IMG/VR virus record: IMGVR_UViG_3300042366_001473
DNA: 64,000 nucleotides
Origin: an uncultured virus (IMG/VR IMGVR_UViG_3300042366_001473)
Taxonomy: Duplodnaviria > Heunggongvirae > Uroviricota > Caudoviricetes
Reading direction: 5' to 3' (one strand)
Shown: positions 1 to 8,101 of the stretch, one piece after another
Layout: every line of letters begins with the position of its first letter
How positions within the stretch are numbered: position 1 is the stretch's first letter
Notes under the pieces: generated by a model
Databases searched by the model: none
Seen by the model: only the letters and a program-made list of their open reading frames with translations
What the model was told of the DNA's origin: nothing
Made by a program: the position numbers and the translations under genes

Positions 1-1
1 G

Positions 2-169
2 TATTACGAGATTGATCTAACATTTGATCAAGAAGTAGTGATACAGCACTGTTTGATATATCAACACAATCTAAATCTCAAAACTTGGAAATTGTCAAAG
101 TTTCCAAACAACACACAAGACTTGCACAAATTGCTAGAACCCAACACACATCCAGTGGCCAACTATTGA
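2..169 (+). CDS. 3' end of a hypothetical protein entering from the left edge of the window
   Basis: Frame 2 is open from base 2 (YYEIDLTFDQEVVIQHCLIYQHNLNLKTWKLSKFPNNTQDLHKLLEPNTHPVANY) to TGA 167-169. It is absent from the ORF track because its start lies outside the window. Confidence 0.7.
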   Translation, partial: YYEIDLTFDQEVVIQHCLIYQHNLNLKTWKLSKFPNNTQDLHKLLEPNTHPVANY

Positions 170-612
170 GAACTGCTACGCAGTTCTTGGTGTATCGCTG
201 TCGCTCACACCAGTTGTTGAATCAAAGAGCGAAGCGATTAAATGCTTCATCCAGATCTTATGGTCACACTTTGCCCGCACAGGGCAAAGAAACTTCATCC
301 GAGTCGGGCAAGTCACTTAGCGTTACAGCATTGCAGAGGCGGTTGTCCGGTACCTCGAGCTGCGTCTTTATCACAACGGCGATTTGTATCACACACGCTA
401 ACATGCATACAAACGTGTACTATCACTAGTACGTCTTTTTCCCTTTTAAAATTCTGTTCAAACAATCAAATCGCAGGTGTTGAGCGATCGTGGTCCTGTC
501 AAGGATACTGATTGAGTGCTCGCGGCAGCGGCGAGGCTTCGGATCCCTGCGACACTGGGCCCAGGTTTCTACTGTTCGGCACACGAGGTTGACCTGTGCA
601 AGTCTTGACTGC
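169..612 (-). ncRNA. Candidate large structured non-coding RNA (or structured cis element) immediately 3' of the GIY-YIG gene
   Basis: This is the only long intergenic gap in the window. It is tiled with stems at 579-599, 519-535, 463-468/509-514 (enclosing 470-488 and 494-505), 417-432, 383-413, 336-356, 269-289, 188-212 and 169-187. The 417-432 stem has a GTGA (GNRA) loop on the minus strand, and the 383-413 stem extends by G-U pairs only on the minus strand. Confidence 0.6.
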
Positions 613-1047
613 TTAACTGTGTAGTTTGTTGATTATGTGACTGCCGTGCACACGAACCTGAATGTGTCCGTTGTACCAGTCTTGGGATTCTAGCACTCGT
701 CGTGAAAATTGTTCTCTTGCTTCGATATAGCTGCATTCTGATTTAGATTTACAGTAATAAAGTATTTCTCGTTTGAAGTTGTCTTTGCCTTGAGATTCAA
801 CATCCCGGGAGAGCTCTGGGCTGCTACCGTAATAGTCCTGCCAGTCGCTGTCCACCTTGGTGCGAATCTTTTTTTTCTTCTTGGTGCCGTTTTTGAGTTT
901 GACTGTTCGTTGAGTTGTTTTTGAGAACTTGGCTAGTTTTTTGCCTATGTATTTGCGATCGGTTCTGATGTTGGTGATTAGGTACACAAAGCCCACACAA
1001 TCTTCTGGGAGAGTTTCCACCGGTTGATTGTTGTATAGCCATGTCAT
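613..1047 (-). CDS. Stand-alone GIY-YIG family endonuclease
   Basis: GFVYLITN...KYIGKK motif, YYGSS, F-x-REIL, and candidate catalytic Glu (YIEARE) and Asn (WYNG). It has a Lys-rich insert and no C-terminal DNA-binding modules. Confidence 0.85.
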   Translation of the reverse strand: MTWLYNNQPVETLPEDCVGFVYLITNIRTDRKYIGKKLAKFSKTTQRTVKLKNGTKKKKKIRTKVDSDWQDYYGSSPELSRDVESQGKDNFKREILYYCKSKSECSYIEAREQFSRRVLESQDWYNGHIQVRVHGSHIINKLHS

Positions 1048-1080
1048 TGCATATAATTTATGATTGCTGCCAGGTTGCTT

Positions 1081-1719
1081 TTAAATTTTGTCTGTTAATA
1101 TTTGTATAAATCTTTTGGGGTACGAAGTTCTGGTATGAAAATTGTCACTGGAGTGTAATACATTTCGTTGGAATGAAAACAAGTTACCAGGTTTCCAGGG
1201 ACGACTTACATATCGAAGACTCAAATACTCTCGGTCTTCATCCCAACAATGGCTTAGGTTGTTTTGCCAAAAGTTTTGATCCACTGGATTTGTTGTTTTT
1301 TTATTGGTCTGTTTGAACTTATAAAAATCGTTGTGTTCGGCAGTTTGATCAAACAGTATCGTACGACTGTCGCAATTGCTCAATGCAATAATGACCGAAT
1401 AATAAGGGCGCCCAACATTGCTGGATCTAACATAATCAGTGTGAACATCCCAGGGCAAAGATAATTCTTGAAGCACCAGTTCAGACACACGATATTCGCC
1501 GAGCAGATTGTCTAATTTTGGTTTTATGATGCTGACAGCTTGATCAGATTGATCCCATGGCTGTATGGCCTGATTGGCAATTAAACTACCTTTGGTAAAT
1601 CTTCCACCGTTGGAATAATAAGGAACCATTTGCCATTTTTCAACTGCTGCGTTTACTTGTTCAAGCTCAATAGCAGTTAAAAAATTTTCAATCTCAATTA
1701 TTTCTTTCAAGGTATTCAT
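1081..1719 (-). CDS. 2OG-Fe(II) oxygenase-like protein
   Basis: IENFLT N-terminus, HxD (VHTD), distal His (VLHSS) and terminal KRFI. ATG at 1719 is preferred over the track's TTG start. Confidence 0.6.
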   Translation of the reverse strand: MNTLKEIIEIENFLTAIELEQVNAAVEKWQMVPYYSNGGRFTKGSLIANQAIQPWDQSDQAVSIIKPKLDNLLGEYRVSELVLQELSLPWDVHTDYVRSSNVGRPYYSVIIALSNCDSRTILFDQTAEHNDFYKFKQTNKKTTNPVDQNFWQNNLSHCWDEDREYLSLRYVSRPWKPGNLFSFQRNVLHSSDNFHTRTSYPKRFIQILTDKI

Positions 1720-1721
1720 AG

Positions 1722-2819
1722 TCAATTGGTAAGATAACCTACAGCATAGTTCTGATCAACTAAATTACAATGGCATTTTTGTTCACATTCAACCCAGGCT
1801 TTGCCTTGATTGTCGAATGTATCAAACAGTTTGGACCAAACTGGGTCATTCAGGACCTGATCCAGTGACCTAGATTTCAAATCCAACTTGCTTCTATGTA
1901 TCTGATGAAAACTATCTTTAAAATGTATAGTTTTTCGATCTGTGCTGATACTGTGGTATGGATAGCTGACCCAACTACATGGATGCAGTATTCCGTCGGC
2001 ACTGACGTATATTCCTCGATTTCCAATGCTGCACATGGGAGTTATCATTTGTTGATGCTGCTGTTTGATTTCTATAAAACGTTGCTGATTATGAGCTAGA
2101 TAAGATTGGTTCAGCTGTTGTCTGTCAGAGAGCTGTTCAAAGTATCTTTCATATCGATGAGTTTTGCTTATAAACTCTAGATCAGGTTCAAGCGGGTCAT
2201 GGACTCCACCGTATGCTTCTCCGTACTTGCTGCCAAATTTTGTACTGTACGTAAGTTGTAATCCATCGCACCCGGCGTTTTGTGCTTGGGCTCGTATGCT
2301 ATCAATGTGGGCCTGATTGAACTTAAACAAAATAGTGGCCCAGTACACAAATGCAGAACTATGTTGGCACATGATATCCATGCCTTGCATGATACTGTCC
2401 CAGTTGCTGCCAACTCTGTATAGATTGTTTGACTCATTATCGTACCCGTCGATACTAAAATTAATAGTGTCATACTCGTTACTGACTTTGGCAAAATCTT
2501 GCCACCAATCAGCTTTTCTATAGCTGCCATTGGTGATGGTATACACATGTATTTTGGGATTATGTGATTTGATGTAGTCTACGATCTCGATGTATTCACT
2601 GGCATAGATTGGATCTCCAATGTCACCACACATTGTGATACGTTGGACTGTGTTTTTAAGTAGATCAGGAGTTAGAATTTTTTTGAAAAAATTCAAATCC
2701 AGTTCTTTGTTTAACCACGGTACAGGGCTGGCATCATTTCGAGGACACCGAGGACACTTCAGTGTGCATTTGCCACTGACTTCAAAATGCCAATGATAAA
2801 GTTGCCAAGGATACATCAA
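1722..2819 (-). CDS. Radical SAM protein with C-terminal SPASM/twitch-like domain
   Basis: CTLKCPRC (CxxxCxxC), GDIGDP, TNGS, FSIDG, and C-terminal C...YVSADGILHPC...CEQKC. Confidence 0.9.
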   Translation of the reverse strand: MMYPWQLYHWHFEVSGKCTLKCPRCPRNDASPVPWLNKELDLNFFKKILTPDLLKNTVQRITMCGDIGDPIYASEYIEIVDYIKSHNPKIHVYTITNGSYRKADWWQDFAKVSNEYDTINFSIDGYDNESNNLYRVGSNWDSIMQGMDIMCQHSSAFVYWATILFKFNQAHIDSIRAQAQNAGCDGLQLTYSTKFGSKYGEAYGGVHDPLEPDLEFISKTHRYERYFEQLSDRQQLNQSYLAHNQQRFIEIKQQHQQMITPMCSIGNRGIYVSADGILHPCSWVSYPYHSISTDRKTIHFKDSFHQIHRSKLDLKSRSLDQVLNDPVWSKLFDTFDNQGKAWVECEQKCHCNLVDQNYAVGYLTN

Positions 2820-3418
2820 GGAGAAATTTCTATGTATTTTACTGTATTGTCAAACAACACACTGACAATTTTGTTTGCTACATTTTCTGGAAGCAAATGC
2901 GGATTGTTGTAAATGTCCTGATATCGATCAGGTGTGTTCTTGTATCTTGCTTTGTTGAAATTGGTTTTAGTTAATCCCAATCTAATCTCTAGCAAACAAC
3001 AATCAGGATACTCGACACGAAGCATGTCTCCAAATATAGACAATGAAGATTTGGTCAGGCTGTATACTAAATCTCCTGGCCAATACCGATTGTTGTTGGT
3101 ACTGGTAATGTTGACTATTTTACATGCTGGATTGATTTTTAATACGTTTTTGGTTAGTAAAATTGGCGCAAGCAAATTGGTATTGAAAATTTCAACAACA
3201 TCGTTGCTGCAATGATTTGCAAACTGTTGTTTTCCGCCTAGTCCGGTACCAGCACAATTTATCAACATGTCAAAGTCGACATCTAAGTCATCGATATGTT
3301 TTGTATTGGTTAGATCAAATGTGTTACGGTTGGGTGCAATTACTTGATGGTCCACTGACAAAGTTTCAAACAAAGCAGCACCAATGCCGCTTGATGCACC
3401 GGTTAAGAATATTTTCAT
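2816..3418 (-). CDS. Short-chain dehydrogenase/reductase (SDR)
   Basis: TGASSGIG Rossmann motif, INCAG and catalytic YSLTK. The true start is likely MKIFLTG at 3418, an ATGA overlap with the upstream stop. Confidence 0.9.
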   Translation of the reverse strand: MKIFLTGASSGIGAALFETLSVDHQVIAPNRNTFDLTNTKHIDDLDVDFDMLINCAGTGLGGKQQFANHCSNDVVEIFNTNLLAPILLTKNVLKINPACKIVNITSTNNNRYWPGDLVYSLTKSSLSIFGDMLRVEYPDCCLLEIRLGLTKTNFNKARYKNTPDRYQDIYNNPHLLPENVANKIVSVLFDNTVKYIEISP

Positions 3419-4920
3419 AGCTGGCCAATCTCGAATATTTTTTTTCTTGGGCCCACAAGGTGTTGCTTTGCCAGCGTCAGCAAACTGCTGAGTTCTTGGC
3501 GGACCCTTGGCTGAGGATACCCATTCTTGACACAATGTTCGTGAATTTCAACTCGCCGACGTATGCGCTCTGCAAGGTCTAGAGACGGATTCTTGGAACT
3601 TACCCAATTGTAAGTGCTGGTAAATCCCAGGCTGCCTTGAGCATCCAATACAATATCCAAATCCTTGAGCATCTCAGCACTGGTTATTGGTGTGTCGTCG
3701 ATAAGGTGCATGGTAGTTCCCCATCGAATTAGTTCGATTATTCCTTGTTTGGCATACAGGGAGTATTTTTCTAAACTGTTTAAGTTTTCAACATGATCTT
3801 GCAATGTCTCAGTAGGGTACCCGCAAATCATCAACCAAACATTTTTGATATTCCATCTACTGCATTGGTCGATGTGATAATCAATATCAAGATTGGTAAA
3901 TTTTTTACGCATGTGGTATCGAACATTTTCACTAAAGCTTTCAATACCAATGGTAACCTGCTTGCATCCTGCATAGTACATGGCTTCGTAGTGTGAGGCA
4001 GACATTTGAGACTGGGGTCTGCAAATAAATTGTCCAATGTAGCTGACATTTTTGAGATCAGGATTTTTGACTTTTTCCTCAGCTAGCAAACAGTTGAATT
4101 GATAGAAGTTACTGATGCTACCATTGATCAAACTGTCTGTAAAATCAAATTCTGTGACCCCAAGATCATAGTAATGTTGTTTGATTTCTTCTACCAACTT
4201 ATCAGCTTTTCTGAATCGAAATTTAGGCCAAGTCGCACCAATGTCGCAAAACGTACAGTTTCTTACACATCCACGACTTCCGGTAACATACACTTTTTTT
4301 GCACTATACAAAGACAGATCAAAGTTTTTGTAGTTGGGGATCGGGAATTGATCAATGTCCCAGTCGTTTTTCTGAGGTACTTGATTAACTCCGGGCACAC
4401 AAGTTTCGCCTTTGAGTATGGCATCAAACGTGGGCTCACCGTCGCCGATCACTACAAAATCAGCCAATTGGTTTTCAACAACCCAGCTAGAAAAGCCAAT
4501 TTTTGTATCAAAAAATTTACTGTTGCATCCGTTGCCGCCCAATACAATTTTGGATAAAGTTCTTTTTCTCAGCCATGGCAAAATTAATTGTGCCATCCTG
4601 AGACTCCACATACTAAAAATACTGATACCAATGAATTCAAAACTGTCAGGATCTATTTTGTTGATTTGCTCGCACCATAGATCAAACACCTTTTGTCTGA
4701 GTTCTTCAGAGATACCATGGTAGTCAATGGTGATACCTACCAACCAATCACTGAGTTCAGCAAGTTCTTTTTCGTTGAGTGTGCGGTGCAAAAAAATATT
4801 AAAGTCTAAAAACTCGTAAGCCTTTTGATTTTGTTCGCAGATTGCTGCCAAAACTGCCAATGCTCCGGGAGGTGCCAATGTGTCGTACATGGGGAGGTTA
4901 ACTAATAATACTCGGCTCAT
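3415..4920 (-). CDS. Cobalamin-binding (class B-like) radical SAM protein
   Basis: N-terminal B12-binding-like region (PPGALAVLAA, IGISIFS, IVLGG, GDGE), then GSRGCVRNCTFC, IGIESFS and GYPTET. Confidence 0.88.
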   Translation of the reverse strand: MSRVLLVNLPMYDTLAPPGALAVLAAICEQNQKAYEFLDFNIFLHRTLNEKELAELSDWLVGITIDYHGISEELRQKVFDLWCEQINKIDPDSFEFIGISIFSMWSLRMAQLILPWLRKRTLSKIVLGGNGCNSKFFDTKIGFSSWVVENQLADFVVIGDGEPTFDAILKGETCVPGVNQVPQKNDWDIDQFPIPNYKNFDLSLYSAKKVYVTGSRGCVRNCTFCDIGATWPKFRFRKADKLVEEIKQHYYDLGVTEFDFTDSLINGSISNFYQFNCLLAEEKVKNPDLKNVSYIGQFICRPQSQMSASHYEAMYYAGCKQVTIGIESFSENVRYHMRKKFTNLDIDYHIDQCSRWNIKNVWLMICGYPTETLQDHVENLNSLEKYSLYAKQGIIELIRWGTTMHLIDDTPITSAEMLKDLDIVLDAQGSLGFTSTYNWVSSKNPSLDLAERIRRRVEIHEHCVKNGYPQPRVRQELSSLLTLAKQHLVGPRKKIFEIGQL

Positions 4921-5306
4921 TTTAAATACTGTTTGAGTTGGCTAACTAAATCTAGATTTGAATTTTTTATGCCCAAATAATAATCAATATCTTCTTGTGT
5001 TGTTAGATTCAAGTAATCTATTTTTCCCTGCACAATTTTTTCTTGGTACCGATGATAGAACCCTGAATCCCATTTAAGTCTAACCATGTGATCGTACAAT
5101 TGCATATCAGCGCACCAGTAATCCAACAGATGATTGTCAACTCTGACCAATGGTTTGATTTTCCATGGTTCAAAGAATATTTCTACATTGCCGTTGCAGT
5201 TTATATCAACACAATATTCTTGTTGTTGTTGATAGTGCTCAACCACTGATCCATTGATTTCAAAACGTATCATAGTCAAATTAGAATGCTCAACGGTCAA
5301 CAGCAC
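4917..5306 (-). CDS. Hypothetical protein
   Basis: 129-aa ORF in the operon with a 4-bp overlap to the next gene and a GGA-type RBS upstream. No recognisable motif. Confidence 0.7.
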   Translation of the reverse strand: MLLTVEHSNLTMIRFEINGSVVEHYQQQQEYCVDINCNGNVEIFFEPWKIKPLVRVDNHLLDYWCADMQLYDHMVRLKWDSGFYHRYQEKIVQGKIDYLNLTTQEDIDYYLGIKNSNLDLVSQLKQYLK

Positions 5307-5316
5307 TGATTATTCC

Positions 5317-7398
5317 TTATGCATGCTCTATGTCTGTATTATAGCTGGTAAAGCCATTTTCTTTGACCACTCTGAGTATGTTCTCAACTCGTCCGGCCAA
5401 CTCGTCTCTGTGACTCACAAGCCAAACACTCTTGTTGCGTTCGCGGCTCATGCGTTTCAGTAGACCCAAGGCGTTTTCTACGCCAGATGTGTCTAAACCA
5501 TTGTCGATCAGTTCGTCAATGAACAGCAAGTTGATGGGGTGATAAAGGCTTTCCCATACATCACGGAATGCCCAGCTCATGCTGAGAATTAATCGGGTAC
5601 GCTCGCCTCTTGACAGATTGTCAAAGTCCAGTTCACGACCTAGTTCTTCGATATTTACCGACAAATCATTCATGAATTTCACAGTGTGCGGCAAGCCCAT
5701 ACGATCCAGATAGTGGGTAAGTCTGCTGTTGAGATAACTGAGATTTTGATCAATGATTTTTTTGCGAACAAAGCTGTCTTTGGAAGTCAACAGTTTCAGC
5801 AAGAAGTCTTGATGATCCTGTACTCGGGTCAGCTCGTTGAGGTGATCGTAGCTCACAGTTTGCAGAGCCTTGGTCTGCATATCAGCAATCTGTTCACCAT
5901 AGGGATCAGTTTCGGCATGCTTGTTTGTGATCTGTGTCAGCAAACTAGCAACTTGGCTGCTGTGTTTGATAGCTTTTGCTTCGGTGTCGTAGTGGGTAAC
6001 TGGTTGCTGACCAGGATCCACTTCGGGCATTTCTGCCAGTTGATCAGCATAAGGGTTGACTTCGGTAGTTTTATTTTCCAGTGTTTGACGAAGCGCATCT
6101 AACTCAGTGGAGTGACGTATTGCTTCGGCTTCTGTGGTGTAATGTGTTGTGGGCGGAACACCCAGCTCGCCCAGCTTCAACAACGCATTAGTGTGCTCTA
6201 TCCATTGACTGTTGGTGGCCAAGACCTGTAAGGCAGCTTCTTGTAGTGTTTTTTCTTTTGTAGCCAACACTGACTCGTGACTGACATCATGAAAGTCTTG
6301 TCCACATGCATAGCACTTGTGATTTCGGAGTTCTTCAATCTCGGCTCGTAGTTTTTCTACCAGCTTGACTTCTTTCTTCTCGTCCTGAACACAACGGGCG
6401 ATCAGTTTTTCAAGTTCGGCAATGTCTCGAGATTTTTGATTGTGAGCAGCTAACTGTGCCCATGCTGCTAGTTCAATATCAATGCTGATACGATTCTTGT
6501 CCGAATATGCACGACCTGCGGCTTCGACTTCGGTGTTGTGTTTTTGTTGCCAGGCTGTGCTGCGAGCTGACAGGCTGTTGCGAGCTTCTTGTTGTCGACG
6601 ACGATCACTCCATACAGTTAGGTCTTGGTGTGCTTGTAATTCTGCTTCAATGTTGATCTTGGAAAGTTCGTCATACTGACCAACTAGAATCTGTAGATCG
6701 CTGTCGTATTTTTTCTGCCATAGCACTTGTCTGCGACGCAGGCTTTCGATCTGTTCTTCTATGCGTTTGTTGGCTTCTTGCTCGGCACGTATACGAAATT
6801 CTTCTTGCGAGATCGCATCTTTGGTTTGTCGATTTAACTCTTTGACACGATCGGCTCGTTCACTCAACAGGGTAATGCCCAACAACTGCTCAATGATGGC
6901 ACGTTGCTCATTGGCCTTCAAACTCAGGAATGGTTCAGTATAGGTATTCAACGCCAACACATGTTTGAACATGTCGTGACTCATGCTCATGATGCGTTCG
7001 ATCACTTCCTGCGTTTCTTTGTTTTCGCCTTGTGCTTCGTCTGTGGCAGCTTGTGCTTCGTGGTTCACATAGAACTTCAGCACATTGGGCTTGCGACCAC
7101 GTTCAATTCTGTAGTCCTGACTGCCCACACTGAAGTCCAGACTTACCAGCATGTTCTTGCCGTTGGTCTTGTTCACAAGGTTGTCCTTGCGAATATTTGA
7201 CAGTGCATTGCCATACAAGGCGTAACTCAACGCATTGATGATTGTGGTCTTTCCTGTGCCGTTGCGACTGCCGTCGCCACCTAGGTCCAGGTTCTCGCCT
7301 AGTACCAGCGTCAAGTCCCTGCGATCAAAGTCAATGCCTTGTGTGGCATTGCCCACACTCATGAAGTTTTTGACAGTGAGTTTTTTAATGTGAATCAT
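5317..7398 (-). CDS. gp46: Recombination endonuclease ATPase subunit (T4 gp46 / SbcC / Rad50-like)
   Basis: KNFMSVGN, Walker A (NGTGKTT), coiled coil with Zn-hook CYAC, signature LSRGE, Walker B LFIDE and H-loop VSH. Confidence 0.95.
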   Translation of the reverse strand: MIHIKKLTVKNFMSVGNATQGIDFDRRDLTLVLGENLDLGGDGSRNGTGKTTIINALSYALYGNALSNIRKDNLVNKTNGKNMLVSLDFSVGSQDYRIERGRKPNVLKFYVNHEAQAATDEAQGENKETQEVIERIMSMSHDMFKHVLALNTYTEPFLSLKANEQRAIIEQLLGITLLSERADRVKELNRQTKDAISQEEFRIRAEQEANKRIEEQIESLRRRQVLWQKKYDSDLQILVGQYDELSKINIEAELQAHQDLTVWSDRRRQQEARNSLSARSTAWQQKHNTEVEAAGRAYSDKNRISIDIELAAWAQLAAHNQKSRDIAELEKLIARCVQDEKKEVKLVEKLRAEIEELRNHKCYACGQDFHDVSHESVLATKEKTLQEAALQVLATNSQWIEHTNALLKLGELGVPPTTHYTTEAEAIRHSTELDALRQTLENKTTEVNPYADQLAEMPEVDPGQQPVTHYDTEAKAIKHSSQVASLLTQITNKHAETDPYGEQIADMQTKALQTVSYDHLNELTRVQDHQDFLLKLLTSKDSFVRKKIIDQNLSYLNSRLTHYLDRMGLPHTVKFMNDLSVNIEELGRELDFDNLSRGERTRLILSMSWAFRDVWESLYHPINLLFIDELIDNGLDTSGVENALGLLKRMSRERNKSVWLVSHRDELAGRVENILRVVKENGFTSYNTDIEHA

Positions 7399-8101
7399 GC
7401 TTTAAAATATGCAAGGCTGTGGCCTTGTGTCCTTGTTCCAGTAAGTGGCCAGTTGGTCCAACCGGGTATTTTTTTAACTCGTCGGCCAAACACCATTGAT
7501 TCCATCCAACAAAACAGGAAGTGTCAATCATTGATGCTAATTTTTGTAGTTCTAGATGTTCTTGTTCAAGTTGCTGATCATTCATGAGATCAAAACACAA
7601 CAATGATTGTACACTAGAATTAAAGTCTTGCCAACTGCTTAACCACCGATCTAGATGATTTGACGCAGTATTGATCATGACATATGGTTTGTTGACTGAT
7701 TCAAACAATCGTTGCAACAACACAATGTTTTGCAACCATAACTTCGCAGCATACAATTCGTTGTGCCAGACCCGATAATGTATTTTTCCATATTCTGCAA
7801 AGTTAGGATCTTTGCTGTAAAGCCTGTGTATCAATTGAGGATTGAAGTTGACATCATGGTTGTTGTCTGCTCTATACCTGGTAAATCGAGTGGTGTAAGT
7901 CCAAGCAATATAGAATTTATCAAACTGATCTAGGTGCTTTATGGTCCGATACATTATGCGATCGTTGGTGCCACCACTGACACTGTCATTCAAAAAATCT
8001 GCGCCTAGTGCAGAAGACACAACAGATGGCCATGCACTACTTTTGGGATCTTCAAGATCATCACCGTAGGTATGACTGCATCCGTTGAAATACAATTTCA
8101 T
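7385..8101 (-). CDS. SGNH/GDSL-like hydrolase or acyltransferase
   Basis: N-terminal LYFNGCSHTYG (GDS-like block I), GGTN, and C-terminal GHLLEQGH. Confidence 0.65.
   Translation of the reverse strand: MKLYFNGCSHTYGDDLEDPKSSAWPSVVSSALGADFLNDSVSGGTNDRIMYRTIKHLDQFDKFYIAWTYTTRFTRYRADNNHDVNFNPQLIHRLYSKDPNFAEYGKIHYRVWHNELYAAKLWLQNIVLLQRLFESVNKPYVMINTASNHLDRWLSSWQDFNSSVQSLLCFDLMNDQQLEQEHLELQKLASMIDTSCFVGWNQWCLADELKKYPVGPTGHLLEQGHKATALHILKHDSH

Noticed and set aside
245..300. Hammerhead ribozyme (stem followed by GAAAC; GATGA motifs)
   Set aside because: The required CUGANGA core is not present 5' of the stem on either strand. The motifs read CGGATGA and TGGATGA.
85..511. Track ORFs 85..429 and 242..511 (+) as real genes
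   Set aside because: The first uses a TTG start and overlaps a better frame. Neither has an RBS or protein-like motifs, and the region is better explained by base-paired structure.
169..1047. Group I intron with homing endonuclease, or a tRNA cluster
   Set aside because: The flanking genes are convergent and complete, so there is no interrupted exon pair. I could not identify P7 core or cloverleaf/T-loop motifs by eye. A covariance-model search would be the decisive test.
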